From a virus: a DNA stretch of 43,744 nucleotides. The translations under genes were made by a program, and so were the position numbers. Positions 30,359 through 40,159 of this stretch are shown here, piece by piece. The stretch lies in IMG/VR virus record IMGVR_UViG_3300044693_000291; one strand, given 5' to 3'. Every line of letters starts with the position of its first letter. The stretch's first letter is position 1. The notes below the pieces were generated by a model that was not told the origin of the DNA, ran no database searches, and worked only from the letters and a program-made list of their open reading frames with translations.

Positions 30359-33300
30359 TTAAATTTCCTCGAGTATTAATATGTAGGCATAGCAGGAGTT
30401 GCCGCTGCTGCTATCGGTTAAGGTTACAGTGACATCCACGGCATTGGATACGGTTGTGTCAATGGTGGTAGTGGCAAAACCATTGGTCATGTTTTTGGCA
30501 CCCGGGCCATCCTCGGTAAAAAACATGCCCTGTGCCATAACGGTGCCGGTGCTGCCAGTTGTGCGGCAAGTAAAATCACAATGCACCTCATACCCTTTAT
30601 CAACCTTATTGGTGCCCAGCCCGGCGTTACCGCTGGCAGCTATTACAGTTCCGCCCAGCTTAACCTTCCAGTTCATTTGCGCCGGGTTGGTGGCATCGGT
30701 GTTATACTTTCCGCGCACGGTTACACGGTATGATTTGCCAGCGGTAAGGTAATTGGCAGGTATAGTAAGGGTGCCAACGCCACTGCCTACAAGCGTTGTC
30801 TCAGTATTGGTTCCATTTACCACTGCATCGGCGGTTTGGGTAAATTTTTGCTTTAATGGCTGCCGCTGTATTAAACCAGTAGCGGTATCTATTAACGCCT
30901 GATATTGTGTTGTTGGCGTGGATATAATCTGTGCACTATCTTTATTTATTGTCACTGCGCCATTAACTTGTAATACATGGCCATTATTTGTTGTTGTTTT
31001 GAGTAAAAAATTACCGTCTGGCGTAATTCTCATCCTCTCTGAATTGCCGCCTGTTGAAAAATTTATAAAACCAGTTGCGTTATCTGCCATAAATCCAAGA
31101 TTAGCAGGACTATTTGAGTATGCGCCAATAGCTGAATTGTTTCCAAAAATACCATAAGGTGTATACCCGCTTGATTTTATACCAAATCCGGAAATATAAC
31201 CAGAATTATTGACTGCTTTATATTCAGCAGAAGCACCATTACCAGAATTATTATTAGTTATAATATATCTTGCTAATGCATTTATGTTTTCCAACAAATC
31301 TATCTGTCCCGCTGGATCAGTCCCGACACCGACACCGCCATCGCTTCTAAATATATTCCCATTTAAAACCTTTACAGCAGTTGGATCGATAGATAACCTT
31401 TGAGTTAAAGTAGCACTTGATCCTGCCGCACCAGTTGGTGCCGTATATGCATATATTGTACTTCCGTTAAACTGCAAAATGGATAAATCACTGGCTACTC
31501 TACGAACCCAACTACTACCACTGCTATTAAAGTATCCATTGTTTGAAAGAAAACCATTTCCATCAGCACTAGATTGCACTTCGAATGTACCAGCTTTTAA
31601 AGTACTATTATTTGAAGTGTTACCTGCAATCTCGAATTGATTGACTGGTGAAGTAGTATTAAATCCTATTGAACCGTTATCGTAAAGAGAGCTATTGCCT
31701 ACCGTATTGGGGCCTGTAAATTTTGAAATGCGATTTGTTGTGCCAGAAATTCCCGTAAAGGCTGCCGCTGCCGATGCAGTGTTTGAAATATGTGTGGCTA
31801 AAAAATTTCCGTCTATTACCCTTCCTGAAGAACAATAAGGTATACCAAACTGTACAATTTTTTCCACGGTAGCATCTACACCTGCCTGATTAAGATGAAT
31901 TCCATCGCCAACACTGAAGGAAGATTTTAATACATTGTTACCCGACTGAAGAGTATCCCACACGCCTGATATGTAATAAGAACCATATTTTGCAGCTATA
32001 TAATTTTTAAGGGCAGTCATGCCTACTGAAGTACTTGTATTTGTAACGGTGTCTTCAGGCATTACTATGTGATAAACTAACGCGCCTGTAGCTTGTTCCA
32101 GTGCTGTTAAGCTATCATATGCCGATACAACCTGAGCAAAGGTTTTTCCGTGCCGAAAACTATTCGAACAGGTGTTGTTAACTATAACACGCGCACCTAT
32201 CTTTCTTATCTCATCAATACCGGCTAAACTATAAGCAACTTCATCGCCTTCACCTGCATGTGTAACAACGGAAGGGTATGTAGCATTTAATTCAGACCCT
32301 AACCTTGTCGTGAAATAATTTGCAAAACCGAGCTGTGTCTTACTATCCCCTTCAATTAATATAGAAGGGAATTGTGTTTCGGCTGATTCTATTTTTAAAT
32401 ATTGTAGTTGTTGCGTTCCACTCGTGGCATAGATTGCAAAATAACAACGCGCTGGTGCCTTCCCTGCGCCTCCGGCAGGATTTGGGATTGTATAAGTAAC
32501 TGTTACCGGGCTCCCGCCTGTTGTAACATTGTTAGCTGTAACTATAAATGCACTGTCTTTAAATTCAACAACTATATTGATTAAGTGATTTGTGTTGAAG
32601 GCAATATTACTACCACTTGTCTGCAAAACACTCCCTGTAGATTGTGCAATATATATAGGAGTTGACAGTGAGTTATTAAATCCAAAACTTCCAACTAAAT
32701 CATAAGGGACTGTTGAACTGTAATATTTTAATCCAAATGCCATACCGCTACTCGCTGTAAGCGCACCAGTCAATTTAACACCAACTGTCATCTTCCATTT
32801 GGACAAAGCTGTCGGCCCCAGTATTGTAAAATAATCTGCTCCAAACGTTCCGCTACCTCCAGAAATGTCAATGTATTGGCCGTTCATGTTCATTACAGCA
32901 GAACCAGTCGGAACAAAGTCGTTAGTATTTACCCAAGAGCTTTTATTATATAAAACACCTAATGTTCGTTCTGTTGGCCATTGACATACATTTCTTAGGT
33001 CACTAATAGCCGTATCCCTTCGATAATTGGTAGAAAATATTGTTGAATCGGCTGTAAACGCAGAATTGCTGGCAAATTTATATACCATTTTATCAGGCCC
33101 CAATGCCAACAACTTATAAGTGGTATCCGGTGCAGTTGGCACGTTTACTAACTTGAATTTTAACGGTAAGGATACGCCATTGCTATCCAGCCGGGCCACC
33201 AGAGAATCGGTATATATATCGAAAGTGTTTTGCTTGCTTACCCTTATTGCTTGCTGCTGTATTAAGCCATTTTGAACAAAAAACGCAGCCGTGTTCAGAA

Positions 33301-34285
33301 AACCGCTCGCCGGCTGCACCGTGAAATACTCGGGGCGCGCCTGTACAACCATACTGAGCGAATCGCTCGTATTGGCAACATTCCTTAAGTCGTCATACCA
33401 CAAGTGCCCGGTATTGGTAGAGAATTGGTAATACCCCAACCGCTTCATTCCGGCATAACCTCCAGTGCCATCTGTGTAATATTTGAATTGCCAACCCTTA
33501 AGGGTATCGATGAAAAGATTGTGATTTGCCCAATTGTGCGTATAGTCCCCGGTAGCCGTCAGGGCCGCCGTGGCTAAATTTTTGCCGGTTAACCCGGCTA
33601 CAGGCACCTTATATAGTACATTGGTTTTACCGCTGTTCTGTAGCGGCCCTACCGCAAACACGCTATCGGCAGCAGACTTTGCCACCGCCTTACCTATATA
33701 TATACTATCTGCTGCATTTATGGTAACCGTTTGCCCAGCCGCATTATCGCCCAGCGTTATGGTGCTGGTTTTGCCGCTGGCTGTAACGCTCTCCGCTATG
33801 CCGCCTGCGCTGTATACAATGGAGCGCGTGGCGCTATCGCTTGTATTGGCGGCATTCCTTATTGTATGTGCTATGGTAAGGGCCTGCGTAAATGAATTGG
33901 GAACGAAATTAAACTGCACACGCTGCGGGCCGCCAAAATAACTACCATACCCGGTAAGTCCCAAAAAACCTACTGAGTCGAAGTTCAGGTTCTTGTTATT
34001 CCAGTGCTGCGTATAGTTACCGGTAGCTGTAAGGCTGCTGGTGGCAATGTTAACAGATAAGCCAACCAATGATACCCATACGCCGGATGAGTTTTTGAAA
34101 TACACCACATCGTTTTTAACTGCAATGCTGCCTATGGGTGCAATTAATAAGGTATCCTGTGGCGGCGTAAAGGTGCTATCTGATTTAAGGAACTGGTATT
34201 GCCAGCGCCCGTTAACTTTCTGCCATGTCTGTGCATGTGCAGCCAGTGTACAAAAAAAAGCGAGTAGAAAAGCTATGCGCTTCAT
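30359..34285 (-). CDS. Giant multidomain protein (1308 aa) at the tail-fibre position, with an N-terminal Sec-type signal peptide, tandem domain repeats, an SGNH/GDSL esterase domain and a C-terminal beta-rich domain
   Basis: The N-terminus MKRIAFLLAFFCTLAAHA/QT is signal-peptide-like. Two units of about 159 aa each start with LTATG(N/D)YT(Q/H)(H/N)W (near 34030 and 33560). SGNH blocks are ILIEGDSKT (GDS at 32342-32350), HAGEGDE, and VGDGIHLN (DxxH at 31895-31906). Confidence 0.65.
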   Translation of the reverse strand: MKRIAFLLAFFCTLAAHAQTWQKVNGRWQYQFLKSDSTFTPPQDTLLIAPIGSIAVKNDVVYFKNSSGVWVSLVGLSVNIATSSLTATGNYTQHWNNKNLNFDSVGFLGLTGYGSYFGGPQRVQFNFVPNSFTQALTIAHTIRNAANTSDSATRSIVYSAGGIAESVTASGKTSTITLGDNAAGQTVTINAADSIYIGKAVAKSAADSVFAVGPLQNSGKTNVLYKVPVAGLTGKNLATAALTATGDYTHNWANHNLFIDTLKGWQFKYYTDGTGGYAGMKRLGYYQFSTNTGHLWYDDLRNVANTSDSLSMVVQARPEYFTVQPASGFLNTAAFFVQNGLIQQQAIRVSKQNTFDIYTDSLVARLDSNGVSLPLKFKLVNVPTAPDTTYKLLALGPDKMVYKFASNSAFTADSTIFSTNYRRDTAISDLRNVCQWPTERTLGVLYNKSSWVNTNDFVPTGSAVMNMNGQYIDISGGSGTFGADYFTILGPTALSKWKMTVGVKLTGALTASSGMAFGLKYYSSTVPYDLVGSFGFNNSLSTPIYIAQSTGSVLQTSGSNIAFNTNHLINIVVEFKDSAFIVTANNVTTGGSPVTVTYTIPNPAGGAGKAPARCYFAIYATSGTQQLQYLKIESAETQFPSILIEGDSKTQLGFANYFTTRLGSELNATYPSVVTHAGEGDEVAYSLAGIDEIRKIGARVIVNNTCSNSFRHGKTFAQVVSAYDSLTALEQATGALVYHIVMPEDTVTNTSTSVGMTALKNYIAAKYGSYYISGVWDTLQSGNNVLKSSFSVGDGIHLNQAGVDATVEKIVQFGIPYCSSGRVIDGNFLATHISNTASAAAAFTGISGTTNRISKFTGPNTVGNSSLYDNGSIGFNTTSPVNQFEIAGNTSNNSTLKAGTFEVQSSADGNGFLSNNGYFNSSGSSWVRRVASDLSILQFNGSTIYAYTAPTGAAGSSATLTQRLSIDPTAVKVLNGNIFRSDGGVGVGTDPAGQIDLLENINALARYIITNNNSGNGASAEYKAVNNSGYISGFGIKSSGYTPYGIFGNNSAIGAYSNSPANLGFMADNATGFINFSTGGNSERMRITPDGNFLLKTTTNNGHVLQVNGAVTINKDSAQIISTPTTQYQALIDTATGLIQRQPLKQKFTQTADAVVNGTNTETTLVGSGVGTLTIPANYLTAGKSYRVTVRGKYNTDATNPAQMNWKVKLGGTVIAASGNAGLGTNKVDKGYEVHCDFTCRTTGSTGTVMAQGMFFTEDGPGAKNMTNGFATTTIDTTVSNAVDVTVTLTDSSSGNSCYAYILILEEI

Positions 34286-34878
34286 GCGGTTATGGTTTTC
34301 GTATAAATATAAAAAAGTTCTTGAGCATTGTCTAAAGTTTCTCCATTCGTTAACGTAAGTATACCAGTTACCTTATTCCATACCCAATCCTGCCGGCGTA
34401 TTGGGCGTATCTCCCGCTCAATGTACACGAGGTCGTAACCAATAAGGCTACCGCCATTTTTATCCTGTGGCGTTATTACTGTGGTGCCATCTGCGCCACT
34501 TACGAAACTTGCGCTATCTACCAGTGTCTGCATATTGCTACCGGGTGTTATTGGTGGTGTGGTTGGCGGTGGTACACCTGCCCCGGGGCTGGGTGGCCGC
34601 TGGCTAACAATATACATGCTGCTGCCATTGCCGCCGTAATAAGTTGAGTAAAGAATACCGGATAAGGTGTATGCCTGATTTATCTGCTGATCTGCAACCA
34701 ATGCATCATCGTATACATATGCCTGCCCGCTTGCCGGCACATCATCCACGCCTTGCGCCGTACCGCTACTATCCTGTAACAGCTTGAACAGATTATCTAA
34801 GCTGCCGTATGTATTAAGGCATACATCGTATATACTTTGGCCCTGTATTGCTTTAAAGTTTTTGAGCATTTGGTTCAA
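34282..34878 (-). CDS. Baseplate / tail protein with an N-terminal LysM-like segment and a Pro-rich linker (198 aa)
   Basis: QGQSIYDVCLNTYGSLDNLFKLLQDS is LysM-like and PPSPGAGVPPPTTPPITP forms a linker. There is an ATGA overlap with the giant gene. Confidence 0.4.
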   Translation of the reverse strand: MNQMLKNFKAIQGQSIYDVCLNTYGSLDNLFKLLQDSSGTAQGVDDVPASGQAYVYDDALVADQQINQAYTLSGILYSTYYGGNGSSMYIVSQRPPSPGAGVPPPTTPPITPGSNMQTLVDSASFVSGADGTTVITPQDKNGGSLIGYDLVYIEREIRPIRRQDWVWNKVTGILTLTNGETLDNAQELFYIYTKTITA

Positions 34879-35164
34879 CGGTTAAATTACCACGGTTATC
34901 AATTGCTGTTTTTACGGCATCGCTCTTATACCCATCGCTCATAAGGTTTAGCTTAAGCGCCCGTTCGAGCACCTGCTGCTGGCCGGCGCTATTAAGGTAC
35001 TGGAAAATACCAACGCCATCGGCCGGATTCTCCTTCCACCAGCCCGGAAATGCCGCAATGGTATCCATTACGTGCTGTATATCACTTTCCTGTATGGCAA
35101 AATCACCATCATCGGTAAAATATAAGTCGTTTTTATACAGTCCTATATCCTGATTGTTAGCCAT
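34853..35164 (-). CDS. Small baseplate protein (gpW / XkdS-like position), 103 aa
   Basis: The call rests on its position after the spike-like gene and on its size. No strong motif is present. Confidence 0.35.
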   Translation of the reverse strand: MANNQDIGLYKNDLYFTDDGDFAIQESDIQHVMDTIAAFPGWWKENPADGVGIFQYLNSAGQQQVLERALKLNLMSDGYKSDAVKTAIDNRGNLTVEPNAQKL

Positions 35165-35648
35165 GTGTAACGTTTAAGTTCTCGATATCTGTTCGCTGTG
35201 TTAACGGCAGATTGGGTATAACCGGCGTAGGTGCCAACCCGTTTACCTTGCTGTTAAGTGCGTTAAAAGCGTTCTGTATAGCATTAAGCGCTTCCAGTAG
35301 CCCGGCTACAACGGGTATGCCGCCCAAATTTCCATCCTTCAGCGTAATAACGCCATTAACCCATAATGTAGCCGAGTCTAACTCGCTAAACATTACAACA
35401 CAGGGCTGCACATCTTTGCCATACGCTACCAGTATGGTGCTGCCAACCGTAGGCACCAGTAGCAGGCCATCATCATTAACCGGCATCAGGAGAACTTCGC
35501 TTAAGTCTGCGGTAGTCTTACCGCTTATGGCCTGTGCCGAGCATATGCGGGCATCGGCATCCACCGTAACCACCTCAGCTAAAACCAAACCGGGTATGTC
35601 AAGAAACTTTGTTCCGGCCAGTTGTTGTATTGCTTCAGCTAATAGCAT
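35157..35648 (-). CDS. Baseplate spike / gpV-like protein (163 aa)
   Basis: It follows the hub (gpD-like) gene. The N-terminal half is beta-rich and the C-terminal half is helical (LLEALNAIQNAFNALNSKVN). Confidence 0.4.
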   Translation of the reverse strand: MLLAEAIQQLAGTKFLDIPGLVLAEVVTVDADARICSAQAISGKTTADLSEVLLMPVNDDGLLLVPTVGSTILVAYGKDVQPCVVMFSELDSATLWVNGVITLKDGNLGGIPVVAGLLEALNAIQNAFNALNSKVNGLAPTPVIPNLPLTQRTDIENLNVTHG

Positions 35649-36870
35649 TGCCCTGTGCGTCGATTTTTGTTATAAGATAATCTACCTCAATCTCCTGTCT
35701 TAACCCGGTTATGCCGCCGCTATACCTTACGCTCCTTACCTTGTACCGTCCGTTTCGCTCTGGCAGTATCGGGTCTAAGATATTAATATTATCACCTTGC
35801 TGTACAAAAGGTATCCCGAAAGTAATGAATTTGCCACGCATACCACTATAGTAGTATTTCTTTAGTTCTGCTGCGGCCAATTGCACCAGCTTATCGGTTG
35901 TTTCTACGTTCCAGAAGTGCAGCGTACGGCGCTCGCCTACTACATTGGGCGCATAGTGTGCATGGCTGCCCTCTGGCTTTGTAATGCTTATTATCTTGCC
36001 CTTACGCAACGTAACCAATACTTCCAGCCTCCGGTGCCTTGTCTTTGCCTTGCCCTGCTTATTTGTTGTTGCGAGTTCTACTTTGTTTATGCTGTACGCC
36101 ACGGCAGAAAGCTCCACATCGTCGGCGCGGTTGTACTCCAGATCATCGCTTATAATATTCTGCTGAAAGCGGAAGGTTTTAACACCGGAATCAATCGCGT
36201 CTTGTTCCAGATATACAAGGCTCCCCACGCGTAATTCGGTGCCCCCGCGAAAGGTTGAGTAAAAATGATAATCTTTGCGCAGCCGGGCCAGCACCTCGGC
36301 CACCGTTTCATTCTCTACCGTAAACTGCCCGAGGGATGTATTAGTGGTAACATTAACAGTATATGGCGTTCCGGCGAGCATATCCTTTAATATATCCTCC
36401 ATCGACATGCTGGCCGGGTATGTTTTATTCTTGCACTGTAATTGCTGCAATGCCCATGTATTATCCATACATTCCAGCTCAATCGGTTTTCGACTGCCTA
36501 CTTTGGTAATGAAACCGCTGAATATTACACTAGTTTGTAGCCTCTCGTTATTTTGGGCATCGAAAAACCTGTACCCGACTTCCAGCTTAACCATATCACC
36601 GCGTAAAAAAAGCGGCTCGTTATTACTAAAACCACCAATATTAACGGTAGTGCCGCCCAGCGGTATAAGTTTACCGTTTGCATCCCTTACGTATACATTT
36701 TTGGGCAGGGTAATGCGCGCCGTATTAGATATCTCCTGCCAGCTACTTGATGCCTCGAACTGGGTGATAAAGTTGTAAATAAGCGTACGGTTGCGGTTTG
36801 GAAAATCCGCAGTTGGCTGCTGCACAAATACCGTGCGCGTAAATACCCTATACATCCCGCGATTGCTCAT
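35635..36870 (-). CDS. Baseplate hub protein (P2 gpD / Mu gp44-like), 411 aa
   Basis: The size fits, and it is two genes downstream of the tape measure, as in P2 (T-U-D) and Mu (Y-N-P). Confidence 0.5.
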   Translation of the reverse strand: MSNRGMYRVFTRTVFVQQPTADFPNRNRTLIYNFITQFEASSSWQEISNTARITLPKNVYVRDANGKLIPLGGTTVNIGGFSNNEPLFLRGDMVKLEVGYRFFDAQNNERLQTSVIFSGFITKVGSRKPIELECMDNTWALQQLQCKNKTYPASMSMEDILKDMLAGTPYTVNVTTNTSLGQFTVENETVAEVLARLRKDYHFYSTFRGGTELRVGSLVYLEQDAIDSGVKTFRFQQNIISDDLEYNRADDVELSAVAYSINKVELATTNKQGKAKTRHRRLEVLVTLRKGKIISITKPEGSHAHYAPNVVGERRTLHFWNVETTDKLVQLAAAELKKYYYSGMRGKFITFGIPFVQQGDNINILDPILPERNGRYKVRSVRYSGGITGLRQEIEVDYLITKIDAQGNAIS

Positions 36871-37517
36871 TGTATCTGTAATTCGACTGGCAGGTCGCTT
36901 ATTGCGTTAATTGTGAAATTTTGTTTACTAAAGCCGCCCGGCTCTTGGTCAAGCGTGTAATCTTGCACCACTATATTGAATATCTCCATCATTTGCAGGT
37001 AGCGGCTTACCACTGGCAGCGTTATTGGGGCCTTAAGTATGTCGCGCAGATCGCTCATATCTTCCACCGGGTAAATGCCGTTAGGCCCCGTAAGAATGCC
37101 ATTTATGGTAATCTGCCAATCATCCATACCTATGTATTCCTTCACTGTACCATTCCTGCCCTGTATTTCTGTTTTTACAATTCGCTTCGGCTGGCTTACT
37201 GTAATGAGAACGGTTGCCAGTGTAAGGGTCGGGAAGGTAACGGTACGCCCGTTTTCATCCGTATAACTACCCCCCACAAAGGTAATATCTGCAACAACCG
37301 GCGTGCCCAGCGGTGAAAGGTACAGCGGCTGCTCATTTGCCGGCCCCTGCGGTATTTTATTATCGTACGGGTTGTCATCCTTTACCACCGGGGGACGATT
37401 TGCAAGTTGATACCGCAACGATAGTTCCCGTATGGTTTGCGCCACAGGTATTATATTATAAGGCTGCGTACGTGCGCGGTCGACTTGGCTTTGTAATATA
37501 TTATAATTTTGTGGCAT
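36867..37517 (-). CDS. Tail/baseplate protein (Mu gpN DNA-circularisation-N-like), 216 aa
   Basis: TEIQGRNGTVKEYIGMDDWQITINGILTG resembles the gRr...hEyp..d....eDlG.....f.i.g.l.G pattern. It is directly after the tape measure. Confidence 0.4.
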   Translation of the reverse strand: MPQNYNILQSQVDRARTQPYNIIPVAQTIRELSLRYQLANRPPVVKDDNPYDNKIPQGPANEQPLYLSPLGTPVVADITFVGGSYTDENGRTVTFPTLTLATVLITVSQPKRIVKTEIQGRNGTVKEYIGMDDWQITINGILTGPNGIYPVEDMSDLRDILKAPITLPVVSRYLQMMEIFNIVVQDYTLDQEPGGFSKQNFTINAISDLPVELQIQ

Positions 37518-37518
37518 A

Positions 37519-39189
37519 TTATTGTCCTGCTACCACTTGCGAATCGTTTACAGCCGATAGCAGCGCCTGCGTTACTATCTCCTTTGCCTTTTCTGGCGAT
37601 TCGTTAAAGTGTACCGTTTTCACGGTAAATTCTTTTACCAGATTATTTATATGGATATTTATGGTAGTAACCCGGTTGCCAGTAACCTTACTGGTCTCAT
37701 GGGTTTTTATTTCTGGTTTGGGCACCATATCGCTGCCGGCCTCATCCAGCTTTTTAGGCCCTTTGGCCAGTACAGATCGGTACTGCTTCAGTTTATTAAT
37801 CTGTGCCATTTCTACGAATCCTAAATTCGCCATGCCGTTAACCTTTTCTGTATTATCTACGATCATGTTTATCTGATCGTTTATGTCTTTGGCAATAAGC
37901 GCGTTTTGTTCCTTAACCGAGTACCGTATGGCGTTGCCACTTTTATCAAATGCTTTTATGCCATATTTATACTTATCAGCTATCTGGAATATAAGGTCTT
38001 CCGTCTTATCGGATGCTATCTTTACCGTATCCTGCAACGATAGGTTTAACTTATCGTTCTCCCGCTTCGCATCCTTAGCCGCACCGCTAAATGCAAAGTA
38101 TGCGGTAGTCAGCGCCGCAATAGCTGTCAGTGCTAATCCGAATGGGTTACTCAAAACAGATTCTTTTAATAGTTGAAAGCTGCCTGCCAGCAATTTGGTT
38201 GCGGCATTAGCCGTTAAAAAACCTTCCCCCAGTAGGGTAATGCTGGCATATTCTATCTTCTGCCACAATACCGCGCTTTGCAAAGCCAGTTTATACAGCT
38301 TAAAGGCACCAACTCCTAAAAGCACACCCTTAGCCAACCCCAATAACATCTCCCTGTTCCGTTTAACCCACTCGTAGGCATCCCCCAGCCATTTTATCAT
38401 ATCCATGCCAGTGGCGATAAGATCAGATACAGCCGGCTTTGCATCGTTGAATATACGCACCTTTAATTGAAAAAGTGCATCGCCTAAGTTACTAATACCA
38501 ACACTGGTGCTGTTAGCCATCTTCTCCAACCCCTGTGCGTACGCGCCACCCTGCTCATGTGCCTTTGCCAGTGCATAACGCAGCATGTCGTACGATACAT
38601 CTAAATCCTTCACCTTGCTGATAGGTAGGTTGGTGGCATCGGCCAGTATCTTATATATGTTTATGCCGGCATAAGCGAATTGCTTTATATCCAGCGCCGT
38701 GGCCTTGCCCGTGTTCTTGATCTGCTGAAGGTTAACAACCATGCGCTGCAACTCCACATCGCCGCCGCCCGTTGCGCTTATGGCATTGGCTAAATCCAAC
38801 ACTGTGCGCCGGGCCTCCTTTGCACTGCTGCCGGCGCTAATAAGCGCCTTGTTAGCCTGTAGCAACCCCTCAAACGCAAACGGCGTTTTAGTGGCATCAT
38901 TCATGGTGTCCTGAATAACCTTTGCTGCTTCCTCGTTGTTTTTAAGTAACGTGCCTAAACCTATTTGAGCATTTTCTACCTGCGAACCGGCCTCAATCAC
39001 ACTTCCTACAAACTGTTTTACGGCCTGAATGCCAAATGCCACCCCAACGGCTGCGCCGACACGGTTTAAAGTTCCCTGTAGCCCGTTCATGGTGGTCTCG
39101 AATCTATTGGCCTGTGCATCCGCCTGCTGCAACCGCTGTGTAAGTAAATCGTTGAGCGATAGCGTGTATTTAACCTGTGTATCTCCCAT
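37519..39189 (-). CDS. Tail tape measure protein (556 aa)
   Basis: It is a long helical protein with central hydrophobic segments, immediately downstream of the frameshifted chaperone pair. Its ATG overlaps the stop of the -1 frame extension (TAATG). Confidence 0.8.
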   Translation of the reverse strand: MGDTQVKYTLSLNDLLTQRLQQADAQANRFETTMNGLQGTLNRVGAAVGVAFGIQAVKQFVGSVIEAGSQVENAQIGLGTLLKNNEEAAKVIQDTMNDATKTPFAFEGLLQANKALISAGSSAKEARRTVLDLANAISATGGGDVELQRMVVNLQQIKNTGKATALDIKQFAYAGINIYKILADATNLPISKVKDLDVSYDMLRYALAKAHEQGGAYAQGLEKMANSTSVGISNLGDALFQLKVRIFNDAKPAVSDLIATGMDMIKWLGDAYEWVKRNREMLLGLAKGVLLGVGAFKLYKLALQSAVLWQKIEYASITLLGEGFLTANAATKLLAGSFQLLKESVLSNPFGLALTAIAALTTAYFAFSGAAKDAKRENDKLNLSLQDTVKIASDKTEDLIFQIADKYKYGIKAFDKSGNAIRYSVKEQNALIAKDINDQINMIVDNTEKVNGMANLGFVEMAQINKLKQYRSVLAKGPKKLDEAGSDMVPKPEIKTHETSKVTGNRVTTINIHINNLVKEFTVKTVHFNESPEKAKEIVTQALLSAVNDSQVVAGQ

Positions 39190-39364
39190 TATTTATCCAT
39201 TTGGCCGGTTTGCTGTAGTGCATACTTTAATTGGCACCACGCTTTAATGTGTTGATCTTCGTCCAGCGTGTCCGGGTCTACCCCGAAATAAAAACGGATG
39301 AGAGCGCCTTGCTTAATAAACTCAGCGCTTTCATCCGTTATAGAATATTCTTCTATTTTTTTTT
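39189..39364 (-). CDS. -1 frameshift extension of the tail assembly chaperone (55 codons, no ATG of its own)
   Basis: The slippery A9 run (39356-39364 on the minus strand) lies immediately before the 0-frame TAG. The -1 frame then reads IEEYSITDESAEFIKQGALIRFYFGVDPDTLDEDQHIKAWCQLKYALQQTGQMDK without stops, ending in a TAA that overlaps the tape-measure ATG. Confidence 0.65.
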
Positions 39365-39760
39365 AATCTGATTGATAGCCACACGGATGATTTGCACGCT
39401 GGCCGCCAAACATGCGCCCATGTAAATCTCATCGTACTGCTGGTCGGCGCTGCTTATGCGGTAATCGCTCTCTTCTTTTAAGAGTGCAATATCCAGCAAC
39501 TCGGCCGCTACCTCCATTTCACCGCGCTTGCTGCCTTCATCGATTATACGCAATTTAGTTAACCGGGGCGGTTCCTTTAAATAACCTACAATCGGGTCGG
39601 CTTGTGTAATCATATCGGCCTCCCGGTAAAATAATATCGGGTAAACCTTTACGCCGTACTTTGCTGCAAGTTCAACGGCTCTGGCCTCTGCGCCTGCTAG
39701 CGTGATTTCGTGTGCTGGGGGTTGTGTTATATTTTCCATGTTATCTGTCGATTTTACCAA
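39353..39760 (-). CDS. Tail assembly chaperone (0-frame product, 135 aa)
   Basis: It lies between the tube and tape measure genes and ends in ...QIKKK on a poly-A slippery run. Confidence 0.65.
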   Translation of the reverse strand: MVKSTDNMENITQPPAHEITLAGAEARAVELAAKYGVKVYPILFYREADMITQADPIVGYLKEPPRLTKLRIIDEGSKRGEMEVAAELLDIALLKEESDYRISSADQQYDEIYMGACLAASVQIIRVAINQIKKK

Positions 39761-40154
39761 TTATTAAAGGTACTGTTACCAGTAGTTTGGTATCGCCCTG
39801 ATTGGCATCTAGTGCATCTTCTGTGAATTCGCATGCACGCAATATATCCCGGTCCGGCTGCAACCTTGTGCCGCCAAAAACTACAGGTATATCAAACCAC
39901 GGTATTTTAGTTGGATCGCGGTCGGGGCTGGCGGCTATAATACGTTTCCATTCATCCGTATATAGTTCAATGCTGCCCTCATACTCGCGGTTACCATAAC
40001 CCCGGCTAATAGGCTCCTGCCCCCAGCCGTAGTTATTTTCCTTTTTCTGTGTGCGCTTATAGTTGATCTTGGTTATACCAACCACCGGCACCCCGAAAAG
40101 AACAAGGGTAACGCTACCCCAGCTCCAGTTAACGCCGTTTATAAGTACTGCCAT
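39741..40154 (-). CDS. Tail tube protein (137 aa)
   Basis: The size fits, and it is directly after the sheath-sized gene and before the chaperone pair. Confidence 0.55.
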   Translation of the reverse strand: MAVLINGVNWSWGSVTLVLFGVPVVGITKINYKRTQKKENNYGWGQEPISRGYGNREYEGSIELYTDEWKRIIAASPDRDPTKIPWFDIPVVFGGTRLQPDRDILRACEFTEDALDANQGDTKLLVTVPLIIGKIDR

Positions 40155-40159
40155 TGTGA

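Noticed and set aside
30359-34285. Diversity-generating retroelement targeting the giant fibre gene or the 288-aa fibre
   Set aside because: There is no reverse-transcriptase-like ORF, and I saw no template/variable repeat pair near the 3' ends of either gene. The internal repeats of the giant gene are divergent tandem protein-domain duplications.
5445-37876. Long plus-strand ORFs inside minus-strand genes (for example 5445..5915, 12859..13341, 13909..14415, 15256..15789, 15449..16003, 23841..24446, 35212..35703, 36275..36778, 37313..37876, 40943..41401)
   Set aside because: Each lies wholly antisense to a longer minus-strand ORF that has recognisable motifs or operon context. Their compositions are Cys/Arg/Leu/Ser-rich and not protein-like, and none has the promoter module that marks the three credible plus-strand genes.
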